Sequence record: PP777464.1
Length of the DNA: 64,000 bases
Direction: 5' to 3' (one strand)
The position numbers and the translations under genes were made by a program. The number at the start of each line of letters is the position of its first letter. Position 1 is the stretch's first letter. The notes below the pieces were generated by a model. The model had not been told where the DNA came from. It searched no databases and saw nothing but the letters and a program-made list of their open reading frames with translations. Shown piece after piece: positions 36,747-45,425 of the stretch.

Positions 36747-37160
36747 ATGAAACTGTATCATGCGAGTACTGTAAAAATTGATAACTTTTATATCCCGTAT
36801 GGTGGTCTTCATATGGGAGGTAAACACAGTGCTTTAGAAGCTGCATTACGCAAGCTTAGAAGCCCACTGAACGTTGTTGACGCTGATACAGTATACTTAC
36901 ATACCTTAGAAGTTGATGTTGATAACGTGCTTCGGTGGACGGATATGGGCAGTGATGACGAATGGCGTGGAGTGATTGAGTACTGCGAAATTAACGGCTA
37001 TGATGCAGTTCAGTACAAAAACGATTACGAACCAGATACAGTTCCTAGCTATATGATTTGGGATACGTCTAAGGTTCGCATTGTCGAAGTTGATGCTATG
37101 CACATGGATGACGCAGAAATGATCATCGAAGATTTCCTTGATGAATATGAAGGTGTATAA
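36747..37160 (+). CDS. Putative ADP-ribosyltransferase-fold protein (ART-PolyVal-like)
   Basis: N-terminal LYHAS, GLHMG, helix SALEAA, YLHTLEV strand, GYDAVQYxNxYE, SYMIWD..KVRI; pattern of the phage ART-PolyVal clade. Confidence 0.6.
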   Translation: MKLYHASTVKIDNFYIPYGGLHMGGKHSALEAALRKLRSPLNVVDADTVYLHTLEVDVDNVLRWTDMGSDDEWRGVIEYCEINGYDAVQYKNDYEPDTVPSYMIWDTSKVRIVEVDAMHMDDAEMIIEDFLDEYEGV

Positions 37161-37678
37161 TGATTGAACCTATGACAGTACTAGCACGTACTAAATTATT
37201 ATTGAAGATTGCTGAAATATTCACTGTTCTTATGTACAATAATAAAGACATAAATGACTTAGATATTAAGCAACCGTGGCAAATTACAAAGTTCACGGCG
37301 TTCCACCGATTGTCATATAATGGTGAAACTGTTCTTGATTTTAATCCAAAAGCCAAGTTCGTGAATTACGCTGCATTATATGGATGTAATGGTGGATTAA
37401 CAAATGACTTCACTAAAATAAAAGTACAATCAGAATCATTAGAATTTAATGACTTACTATATCCAGAATTTAAGTTAACTGAAGAATCACTATTTCAGTA
37501 CTCACTAATTATAAAAGATGTATATGATCTTGAGTACTACAAAGAGTTAGTAGATATTTTTAAGAATACTCGACTTTCAAAAGATATTGTGATATTCTGG
37601 TATGTTGAGTATGTTACAGAGGAATTGCTTGAAGAATTTCTTCTAAATATGACAGCAATCAAGGAGAAGTTATGTTAG
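37160..37678 (+). CDS. F2 protein
   Basis: LTEESLFQYSLIIK. Confidence 0.85.
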   Translation: MIEPMTVLARTKLLLKIAEIFTVLMYNNKDINDLDIKQPWQITKFTAFHRLSYNGETVLDFNPKAKFVNYAALYGCNGGLTNDFTKIKVQSESLEFNDLLYPEFKLTEESLFQYSLIIKDVYDLEYYKELVDIFKNTRLSKDIVIFWYVEYVTEELLEEFLLNMTAIKEKLC

Positions 37679-38145
37679 ACATTTTAGGAAACATCGATAC
37701 AGCAAATTATTTTATTCAAGATGCACTGTTCAATACAGTACAGAAAGGGTTGGATGTACGATGTAATATCCATCAGGGAGATGGGTATTTTGTTGATATC
37801 ACTGAAACACGCAAGAACGTGTTCAATTTAAACATTACCACATTGACACGTCAAAACATTGCACGTATTTTGGTTAATAAAGATGAAATAGTTCTTCGTT
37901 ATAATTCCAAATTCTTGTTCACATACAAGAAGAAGACTGACATGTTCAGTACTAATTTGTTTGATGAACCCTTCAATCTGGAAGACTTAGAAGCAACTTT
38001 CTTTACACAGAACACTATGCTGAAATTCAATGATGTTGAATTTTCATCAGAAGTAATGTCTGAAACACTACAAATGGTTAAGGTAGTATTCTATGCTTTT
38101 CAACAGTTTAACGAAGAACGAAACAAGGTTAACAACAACAGATGA
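37672..38145 (+). CDS. Probable divergent F2 protein
   Basis: DLEATFFTQNTMLK. Confidence 0.72.
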   Translation: MLDILGNIDTANYFIQDALFNTVQKGLDVRCNIHQGDGYFVDITETRKNVFNLNITTLTRQNIARILVNKDEIVLRYNSKFLFTYKKKTDMFSTNLFDEPFNLEDLEATFFTQNTMLKFNDVEFSSEVMSETLQMVKVVFYAFQQFNEERNKVNNNR

Positions 38146-38506
38146 ACTAATCGCGGCGATGGGAGCCAATGAGAAATACTTCAATGGGATTCATTTTTTT
38201 AAAACGGATCTTAGTGAAAGTAAAGTACTATATGTGTATGGCTCCCAGTACTGCATTGTTACAAAGCACCCCGATGCGATTTCACTAAAATTTAATACTT
38301 ATTCAAAAAACTTCTTGACGATTAATAAAAGCAATGTTACTATGTCTGGTATAGGGAATCAGGTTGTTGAGATTCCTTTGGACTCAATTGATTCTATTGA
38401 GTTCTTTCAATACGAGTGCTTAGGTGTTGATTTTGGTACTGTCAGTACTGAATCTATGCGATCATTAATTAATTTACTTAAAGGTAAAGTTCATGCTTTT
38501 AACTAA
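38093..38506 (+). CDS. F2 protein
   Basis: IDSIEFFQYECLGV; start uncertain. Confidence 0.78.
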   Translation: MLFNSLTKNETRLTTTDELIAAMGANEKYFNGIHFFKTDLSESKVLYVYGSQYCIVTKHPDAISLKFNTYSKNFLTINKSNVTMSGIGNQVVEIPLDSIDSIEFFQYECLGVDFGTVSTESMRSLINLLKGKVHAFN

Positions 38507-38993
38507 TTCGATGAAGTATTCATTTAAAATTATCAAAGAAATACTAAATGGATCTAAAAATCATAGTGGGTCTTCCTTTACTAGTGACCAGATCCAACAC
38601 AGTACAAAGGATTGTACTGTAATCTTTGGGTTACATAGTCTGCGTTTGACAATAGTAAATAATATTGATAACACAGCAATTGTAATCACCCCATGTCATA
38701 TTCAGAATGATACTGGTGTATACTTACACCACATGGGGACTGTATTCTACATCTTCAATACTGAAGAAAACATTGTTAAAGAATACAACACACTCAATGT
38801 TGATGCTGGTGAGTTATTTCAATTGAGTACTGTCAATGATTGTAACTTCAGTGACAATGCAGAAGTACTTCCATTGTTTCTAAGTCTTCTCAATAACATG
38901 GAAAAACTAACCATTGCATACAACAAAAGTGACGTACCGCAAGCAGTATTGAATATCACCGAAGCAATGGAGAAATACAAAGCTGTGACCTAA
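38493..38993 (+). CDS. F2 protein
   Basis: VDAGELFQLSTVND. Confidence 0.83.
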   Translation: MLLTNSMKYSFKIIKEILNGSKNHSGSSFTSDQIQHSTKDCTVIFGLHSLRLTIVNNIDNTAIVITPCHIQNDTGVYLHHMGTVFYIFNTEENIVKEYNTLNVDAGELFQLSTVNDCNFSDNAEVLPLFLSLLNNMEKLTIAYNKSDVPQAVLNITEAMEKYKAVT

Positions 38994-39035
38994 TATATGT
39001 GCACATGGAGTGCCTTTGAAGATCAAGGATAGATC

Positions 39036-39509
39036 ATGGAGATTAAAACTGTTGAGAATGGAAAGATAGATGACATTTTAGAGTTGGACGCATTCAAAGT
39101 TCATGATATAATGTTCAATGTAAAGGACATAATTCAGTGCTTGTTTTTATGCAGTAAAACTATGCACGACTTCTTTCACAATCCAAATACTAATGTTTTC
39201 ATACTAACAATCAGTACTAGTAATTCGTTTATCATGGGTATGCCTATGAGTACAAATGACGAGTACATTGATTGTGTTATTCGTAACAATGATAATATTA
39301 CCCCACAATCTGAAGTACGTAAGAAAAAGAATACATACACCATCAAAGATGATAAAATCATGATGTGTTGTAGTAAAGGGTTTATTTTGGATAATTTTAA
39401 AGTGAAAGATAGTTATCATGATTTTAAAGTATCAGAGACACAAACTAATGTAGTTCTTTACGCAAGTGATATTGAAAGCCTAACAGTTAAAGATCCCGAT
39501 TTGGAGTAA
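39036..39509 (+). CDS. Hypothetical protein
   Basis: 157 aa, AAGGA SD. Confidence 0.8.
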   Translation: MEIKTVENGKIDDILELDAFKVHDIMFNVKDIIQCLFLCSKTMHDFFHNPNTNVFILTISTSNSFIMGMPMSTNDEYIDCVIRNNDNITPQSEVRKKKNTYTIKDDKIMMCCSKGFILDNFKVKDSYHDFKVSETQTNVVLYASDIESLTVKDPDLE

Positions 39510-39511
39510 GT

Positions 39512-39643
39512 ATGGCTAAAAATGTAAACAACTTTGTACAAAAGCATATGAATGAGTTTAATAAACCTCAAACACATGTGGACCGTAAAAAAGCAATGAA
39601 GAATGGTAAAGTAAAACACAAGTCGAGATTTATTCTCGACTAA
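39512..39643 (+). CDS. Small basic protein (43 aa, below ORF-track cutoff)
   Basis: MAKNVNNFVQKHMNEFNKPQTHVDRKKAMKNGKVKHKSRFILD; GGAG SD; resembles the phage N.V.K...FNK...H.DRKK...K.KHK peptides. Confidence 0.7.
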   Translation: MAKNVNNFVQKHMNEFNKPQTHVDRKKAMKNGKVKHKSRFILD

Positions 39644-39649
39644 TTTTTT
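39621..39649 (+). terminator. Intrinsic terminator
   Basis: AGTCGAGA-tttat-TCTCGACT + aaTTTTTT. Confidence 0.7.
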
Positions 39650-39676
39650 GTCCGAAATTTAGGAGATTGTATTACT

Positions 39677-40525
39677 ATGGATACAACAGATTTTCGTAAT
39701 TTCAAAAAGTATTCAGTACTTGAACATATCAACGAATTTCTGAATTCCCCAACACCATTTGGTATCAGTACATCAGATACATACGATGGATATAGAATCT
39801 TCCCATGCAATGACTTTCAAATTTCTGTCAAAAAAGGTACTTCAAAAGAAGTTGCAATTCGTGATGTAGTACTGTATAGCGATTCTTCTATTTCTTACTG
39901 TCATGATGTGAACAATTTTGAATCTCTTTCAACACCTAATTGTTCATACTACAAATCCAATGACACAATGATGTACAAAGAAGAACACATCAATGGGGTT
40001 TCGTTTTATAAAACCGCCAGCGATAAATCATATACATCTAGAGATGATTTTGGAAAATATACATGCACTATGTATACGGATGATGAAAAATCAAATCGTA
40101 TTCATTCATTCGAATCCAAATTCAAAGAGAGTGAAGTTTCAAATATCACTATACAAGAAAAGGTTACCGAAGATGGTGTTGTGTATCGTAGTACTGCATT
40201 CTTCCGAATGAAAGATATTGCAACTGGTCGCCCAATGATGTATAATATTGACATATTCATGAAAGGTGAATCATCGGAAGTGGTGATTAGTACTGGTTAT
40301 CGTACCAACTACACATTTACAATGGAATCACCTGATGCATCGTTGGTACATCTATTCAACAATTTATATACTTTCCAATTCGAACTTGGTTTCGAAACAA
40401 ATGAATATCAAATATTTGAGATATTAAAAAGTAATATTATTAATAAATTGGAATATTACTTCAAGTTAGGTGGGAAGATGAACATAGTTAATACTATGTT
40501 ACGCAACATAAAAGAAACAATGTAA
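39677..40525 (+). CDS. Hypothetical protein
   Basis: 282 aa, AGGAG SD. Confidence 0.85.
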   Translation: MDTTDFRNFKKYSVLEHINEFLNSPTPFGISTSDTYDGYRIFPCNDFQISVKKGTSKEVAIRDVVLYSDSSISYCHDVNNFESLSTPNCSYYKSNDTMMYKEEHINGVSFYKTASDKSYTSRDDFGKYTCTMYTDDEKSNRIHSFESKFKESEVSNITIQEKVTEDGVVYRSTAFFRMKDIATGRPMMYNIDIFMKGESSEVVISTGYRTNYTFTMESPDASLVHLFNNLYTFQFELGFETNEYQIFEILKSNIINKLEYYFKLGGKMNIVNTMLRNIKETM

Positions 40526-40541
40526 TTATGGAGGATTTGGT

Positions 40542-40835
40542 ATGGATACTAAATTCAAACTTATTTTCAAAACAGAGCCGTATATCCCTTATACTGGTGA
40601 ACGTTTTATTCCACCTGGTGCAGTGGAGATTGAGCATCCTGATGGAACAAAATTGTATCTCAGCCCATGTTCGTATGAACGTGCAGTTGAAATGCTAATT
40701 ATGAATAGCAAACACTGTAGTAATAAGTACATTAGCTACTTATACAATGAACATATTCTAGAATTTAATGATGAGAATATGTTTATGCTGGCTATTAACG
40801 ATTTCAATAACTGGCACGAAAGTTTGACTATTTGA
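40542..40835 (+). CDS. Hypothetical protein
   Basis: 97 aa, GGAGG SD. Confidence 0.8.
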   Translation: MDTKFKLIFKTEPYIPYTGERFIPPGAVEIEHPDGTKLYLSPCSYERAVEMLIMNSKHCSNKYISYLYNEHILEFNDENMFMLAINDFNNWHESLTI

Positions 40836-40845
40836 TAAAATATTG

Positions 40846-40873
40846 TGGACATGACAATTCCTTGTGATATAAT
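40846..40873 (+). promoter_or_regulatory. sigma70 promoter
   Basis: TGGACA-16-TATAAT, with TGTGA just upstream of the -10. Confidence 0.65.
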
Positions 40874-40906
40874 GTTCACATCTTTTTTTGATAAATGGAG
40901 ATATAG

Positions 40907-41293
40907 ATGAATACAAGTTCTGTTCTAAAAGCTATTGGTGGTGTACTTCTGATTGAAGTCCAGGGTGAACCTAAGCTATGTTGCTTAGAAGACATGAAGA
41001 ATACTAAACACTTCAGTACTGGACAGATTTTCAATGCTATTCGTGTTCTTAACGACAAATCAGTACAAGACTATGGAAAGGTATGGCCTTCGTATGTAAA
41101 TCCTGAAGGTGAAATTAGTGCTGATTGGAAAACAATTGAAGCAGTACGTGTGAGTTGTGAGAGCGATTGGGATTTCATCGTTGAAGTATGTGACCAACTG
41201 CAAGAAGATGTGCCAGAGATTATCGAACGTAAAGAAGTTCTAGCACAACTTGATAAATTCCGTCACGGTACTCTACCGTATGACGTAATCTAA
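40907..41293 (+). CDS. Hypothetical protein
   Basis: 128 aa, GGAG SD. Confidence 0.82.
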   Translation: MNTSSVLKAIGGVLLIEVQGEPKLCCLEDMKNTKHFSTGQIFNAIRVLNDKSVQDYGKVWPSYVNPEGEISADWKTIEAVRVSCESDWDFIVEVCDQLQEDVPEIIERKEVLAQLDKFRHGTLPYDVI

Positions 41294-41344
41294 TCTGATT
41301 TATTAAAAACTATCTAACTAACATTATATAAAAAGGAATTTAAA

Positions 41345-41650
41345 ATGGAAGACAACGGAATGAAATTTGATATGTTTGAAGGTATACCAGAGTTCGATTT
41401 CAATAAACTTGAAAATGGTGAAGAATCAGAACTAGTAAGTGTTACACTAAAATCAGATACCAAAAAGAAATATTCCCCATCAGTTCGTTCACGTTCTCAA
41501 GAAGAATATGAAACCTTCATTGAGAGTATTCATTACGAAACGTTCCATCATGCAGATGGTACTCCGTATGAAGTTCGTGTTACAGTACTGAAGCCTGAAG
41601 TAAACCCAATGGAAAATCTACGTCCTGTTTACTGCTGGGCAAGCCACTAA
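41345..41650 (+). CDS. Hypothetical protein, acidic
   Basis: 101 aa, AAGGA SD. Confidence 0.8.
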   Translation: MEDNGMKFDMFEGIPEFDFNKLENGEESELVSVTLKSDTKKKYSPSVRSRSQEEYETFIESIHYETFHHADGTPYEVRVTVLKPEVNPMENLRPVYCWASH

Positions 41651-41657
41651 TAAACCA

Positions 41658-41689
41658 AAGGACGGGATATAATATCTCGTCTTTTTTTT
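41658..41689 (+). terminator. Intrinsic terminator
   Basis: GACGGGATA-taa-TATCTCGTC + T8. Confidence 0.8.
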
Positions 41690-41701
41690 GTCTGGAGATA
41701 T

Positions 41702-42550
41702 ATGAAACTTTATCTAATCGTTGACTACAGTAAGGGTTATTATGACTACGCAGAAGAATCTGAAGGGTATTGCTCGTCTACTAATGTCAATGTACGCACC
41801 AGTAGTACACATGAGCATGAATCTATTACAAACCTAAAAGATTTCATCGCATATCGAGCATTTGAAAAGAATTTCTGTCGTAGTAGATATTCGAAGTTTG
41901 AGTACCCGTTAATTGATGTTCCTGATGAATTGATGTTCCAGTTAATGCTAACTGGAGTACAAGATTATGATTACATCGCGTACAATCACATTACTAAGAA
42001 AATTTATATCGGTACGTCAACACATGACATTTCTATGTATGCATCATGCCCGGATGATCGAATGAATGATAGAAAATCATACTATAGTGGATCAGTTGGT
42101 TCAAATGATTCATTAAATAAAAATTTATTCTTTGAGTACGAGTTTGATAATCATCGAGGGAAAAAAGACCGAGAAGATTATTGTACTGAAATTGATAGTA
42201 CCAATGGATATGAAGAAGTGAAAGAAGCGATAATGCCATATATCCTTGACAAGTACTACAAAGATTTTCAGTACTGTAGTAATTTTCTAATCCGAAATTC
42301 TATCATAATCGGTCGTCAAAGTACTGCATTCTCTAAGTACTACAATGATTCCCCTGTTGCTGAAAATGAAAACTGTAATATTCTCTCAATTCCACGTGAA
42401 GATATGGTATTCATGTTCACATCTTTCATTGAAGATGATGAGTTGTATGTAAAAAACAAGCACAGGTTCATGCCAAGTAAGATTGAGGTTATGAGAAGCT
42501 TAAGTGCAGATATCTTAACTAATTTCACTGAAAAAACAGAATACAACTGA
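41702..42550 (+). CDS. Large protein with internal F2 motif
   Basis: 282 aa; DVPDELMFQLMLTG. Confidence 0.82.
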   Translation: MKLYLIVDYSKGYYDYAEESEGYCSSTNVNVRTSSTHEHESITNLKDFIAYRAFEKNFCRSRYSKFEYPLIDVPDELMFQLMLTGVQDYDYIAYNHITKKIYIGTSTHDISMYASCPDDRMNDRKSYYSGSVGSNDSLNKNLFFEYEFDNHRGKKDREDYCTEIDSTNGYEEVKEAIMPYILDKYYKDFQYCSNFLIRNSIIIGRQSTAFSKYYNDSPVAENENCNILSIPREDMVFMFTSFIEDDELYVKNKHRFMPSKIEVMRSLSADILTNFTEKTEYN

Positions 42551-42576
42551 GACATACCATAAGTTTATGATATAAT
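42549..42576 (+). promoter_or_regulatory. Probable promoter upstream of the structured non-coding region
   Basis: GAGACA-16-TATAAT with TG extension. Confidence 0.55.
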
Positions 42577-42580
42577 GTAA

Positions 42581-42612
42581 GGTGACAGCAGAATATGTTG
42601 TCGCCTTTTTTT
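42581..42612 (+). terminator. Terminator-like hairpin
   Basis: GGTGACAGCA-gaata-TGTTGTCGCC + T7. Confidence 0.7.
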
Positions 42613-43210
42613 AATCCTGAAAGGTTCCATATGGAAATGATTAAAGCCTAATCCACTCGAAAAGTAGAGGGTAGATGAGTAGTCCTTTCAGTACGAACAG
42701 CAAATGAAACCCGTTAGATGATGGCATAGTTTGAACCACTCACGGCAATGCGGCTGTATAAAGAACTCCAATAGGATAAAGAGAGTTCCTCGATAGACAT
42801 ATAAGGATCGCACCTTACCAATTATCTAAGGGAGATTTCATGAGAAATTTGCGGTCGTAATTTATACAATATAGTTGCGTCCAAAATTCGTGAAATCAAA
42901 TACAAGTACTGGTCATATGGTATTTGTATTATGTGTCGGGATGTTTAAGACCGACGACCGTTGCTACAAGAACCGCGATAGAGAGAAACAGAGCAACCCG
43001 CTTTCGCCTCGTAAGAGAATTCGTGATATGAACTATGTGAAGGCCACCAGCGTCAAACTTTTTTTGTTCTTTCCCCTGCGGGGGGGATGAAATATGCTCA
43101 AGCAAACCCCGTCAATATTAATTAAAACAAATCATAGTACTTTCGTCGAATTAGACATGCGAAGCGTGTATAATTCGACTGGTGTTGATGTAGTCAACGC
43201 CATGTACAGT
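42611..43210 (+). ncRNA. Candidate large structured ncRNA (~600 nt)
   Basis: No credible ORF over ~680 nt; more than 12 nested helices with G-U pairs and a GNRA loop (see finding); strand inferred from upstream promoter. Confidence 0.65.
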
Positions 43211-43232
43211 CATTGATGTTTCCATAGGAATA

Positions 43233-43778
43233 ATGATGTCATTTATTAAAAAATCTAAAAGCGTCACTTATAAAACACTAGAATTTGTTGATTCAGACAA
43301 TCAGAACCAAGACCAAGAGAATTTTACTGGTTTTGTTGTGATTAAAGAAAAGGGATGTATTTCGTACATCAAAGAGTTGCAGTGCGGTTTTGAATTAACT
43401 TCCATTAAGTTATTCCCAACCAAGAAGCCTACAATTCTTAAAGCTCGTTATGGGAACTACTACGAAGAGCGTTATAGTAATAATCTAATCAGTGCGAAAG
43501 CACATATCGTCAATGGAGAACTAGAAGGAGAATATAGAAAATTCAACCCACAAGGAAAATGTGTTTGGGTTAAATACTTCAATTCAGGAAATGATGTAAC
43601 ATCAGAAATTATTGAGTTTTTAGGTTTAACATGTACCCTTGAAACTCTTCATGATTACAAATTTAATACTGAAGAAGAGTTTAATCTGATGATGCGTTAT
43701 GGATCACATTTTAAATTTTTATATGAATACAACATTGACAGTAGTACTTTTGATGACATAGTACTTAACTGTCTATAA
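43233..43778 (+). CDS. MORN-variant-like repeat protein with F2-like tail
   Basis: NGELEGEYRKFNPQGKCVWVKYF; NTEEEFNLMMRY. Confidence 0.6.
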   Translation: MMSFIKKSKSVTYKTLEFVDSDNQNQDQENFTGFVVIKEKGCISYIKELQCGFELTSIKLFPTKKPTILKARYGNYYEERYSNNLISAKAHIVNGELEGEYRKFNPQGKCVWVKYFNSGNDVTSEIIEFLGLTCTLETLHDYKFNTEEEFNLMMRYGSHFKFLYEYNIDSSTFDDIVLNCL

Positions 43779-43794
43779 TCAAAGGAAATTATGT

Positions 43795-44319
43795 ATGTCG
43801 AAGAAGGATGCTTCGAAGAAAAAACAATCAGTACATTTCAGTACTGGGAAAGATAACTGGACTACTCCAAAGGATTTCTTTGAAGATTTGGATGAACTCT
43901 GGGGATTTACACTAGATGCAGCATGTGTTAAAGAAACAGCATTGTGTGATAATTTCTTTACACCAGAAGACAATTCACTTGAACAGGACTGGGGAAACAA
44001 TATCGTGTGGCTCAACCCACCGTACAGTGATTTGAAAACGTGGTTATCTAAGGCAGTTGATGCATATAACAAAGGTGCTACAGTACTGATTCTCGTACCA
44101 TCAAGAACTGATACTATAGCCTTTCAGGATTATGCTGCGAAAGTTTGTGATTGTATTTGTTTTATAAAAGGTCGCTTAAAGTTCGGTATCCCTGAAGAAC
44201 CAGATAAAAAGACTGACAGTGCTCCATTCCCTAGTTGTTTAATAGTACTGGATAAGTATTTGACTCCAGCTAAAATCAACCATCTTAAATCTATTGGTCA
44301 GGTGATGAAGAACATATGA
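43795..44319 (+). CDS. Phage DNA N6-adenine methyltransferase (phage Dam family)
   Basis: DNWTTP, FTLDAA, catalytic WLNPPYS, LVPSRTDT, KGRLKF, SAPFPS. Confidence 0.9.
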   Translation: MSKKDASKKKQSVHFSTGKDNWTTPKDFFEDLDELWGFTLDAACVKETALCDNFFTPEDNSLEQDWGNNIVWLNPPYSDLKTWLSKAVDAYNKGATVLILVPSRTDTIAFQDYAAKVCDCICFIKGRLKFGIPEEPDKKTDSAPFPSCLIVLDKYLTPAKINHLKSIGQVMKNI

Positions 44320-44849
44320 AAGAAACATGCGTAGTGACATTCGGAAGAATTAACCCTGTACATCGAGGTCATGGTTTAGTGTTTGAAAAAGCTCAAGCAC
44401 TACAAGAACAGTACAATGCTGATTTGAAAATATTCCTTAGTACCAGTACTGATGCCATCAAAAACCCATTACCTCCTGAACTGAAAATGTACTATACAGA
44501 AGGATTTTACCCATCTGTACAAGAAAATATCTATACAGAAGATAATCTGTTTGATATAATGAGAGAACTGGATGGAAAGTACTTAGATGTTCTTTTCATA
44601 TGTGGTTCAGATAGACTTGAACCATTCCAAAAAACACTTGACACGTACAATGGGAAGTTATATAATTTTTGTTCAATCAAGGCAGTTCAAGCTGGAATTG
44701 ACCGAAATATAAGTCGCTACAGTTCCACACAGATGCGTGAGTTTGCCAAGAATGAAGATTTTAATAGCTTCAGTACTTTTCTACCTGGTAATGATGATGC
44801 ACTGAAAACTAAACTATTTGAAGATGTAATAAAATACATGAGGAAATAA
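44316..44849 (+). CDS. Cytidyltransferase-like HIGH-motif nucleotidyltransferase
   Basis: TFGRINPVHRGH, NPL, GSDR, SSTQMRE; family seen in T4-like/cyanophages. Confidence 0.8.
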   Translation: MKETCVVTFGRINPVHRGHGLVFEKAQALQEQYNADLKIFLSTSTDAIKNPLPPELKMYYTEGFYPSVQENIYTEDNLFDIMRELDGKYLDVLFICGSDRLEPFQKTLDTYNGKLYNFCSIKAVQAGIDRNISRYSSTQMREFAKNEDFNSFSTFLPGNDDALKTKLFEDVIKYMRK

Positions 44850-44851
44850 CT

Positions 44852-45145
44852 ATGTCAGTACTGTTTAAAACTAACCCAGTACTTTGGGATCAGAATGAGG
44901 ATTCGGGTTTCCGTTCAATCCATGTTGAATTCAAAGGTAATACGGTGGTTGCAATCATTGCAAACAAAACTTTAGGAAACTGGACTGCACAAGTTGTTCC
45001 TATGGGATATTCTTATACATCTGATGAAGTTGCGTTTCTGGCTGAATTATATAGTCAAACACCATTCATCATCAATGTTCTAGAGCGTAGTGATAAGTTA
45101 ACACATGACGAAGTAATTGACTTCCTGGCGAACTTACATGTCTGA
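44852..45145 (+). CDS. Hypothetical protein
   Basis: 97 aa, GAGG SD. Confidence 0.8.
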   Translation: MSVLFKTNPVLWDQNEDSGFRSIHVEFKGNTVVAIIANKTLGNWTAQVVPMGYSYTSDEVAFLAELYSQTPFIINVLERSDKLTHDEVIDFLANLHV

Positions 45146-45425
45146 TGATTCAAATCTAACAGGTTATTTTTTGCAAGAATCAATGATCAAATTCAGTGAA
45201 CATTTTCCAGTACTAGATGGTGTGGAGATGTGGCATGTAAAACCACTCTTCCACACTTTCAGTAAAGAGCACAAAATGTTATTGACTGAGGCTTGTAAAT
45301 CGAATAAAATATGCCAAATCAAGATTGGTGTAAATGTCTACAAAGGATTAGTCATCTTTTTTGACAACAACAGCAACTACTTTTATATTGTTAAGGAGCA
45401 TTACGTTGACAAATACAAATACTAA
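45138..45425 (+). CDS. Hypothetical protein
   Basis: ORF 45117-45425; likely ATG 45138. Confidence 0.75.
   Translation: MSDDSNLTGYFLQESMIKFSEHFPVLDGVEMWHVKPLFHTFSKEHKMLLTEACKSNKICQIKIGVNVYKGLVIFFDNNSNYFYIVKEHYVDKYKY

Noticed and set aside
42875-43090. 71-aa ORF inside the long intergenic region
   Set aside because: TTG start without an SD, atypical composition, and it runs through a series of strong helices; more likely a chance ORF in a structured RNA.
42611-43210. tRNA, tmRNA, RNase P RNA or group I intron
   Set aside because: No cloverleaf/TTCGA arm with CCA end, no RNase P GGAAAGTCC-type signature, no recognisable P7 core, and no interrupted flanking gene.
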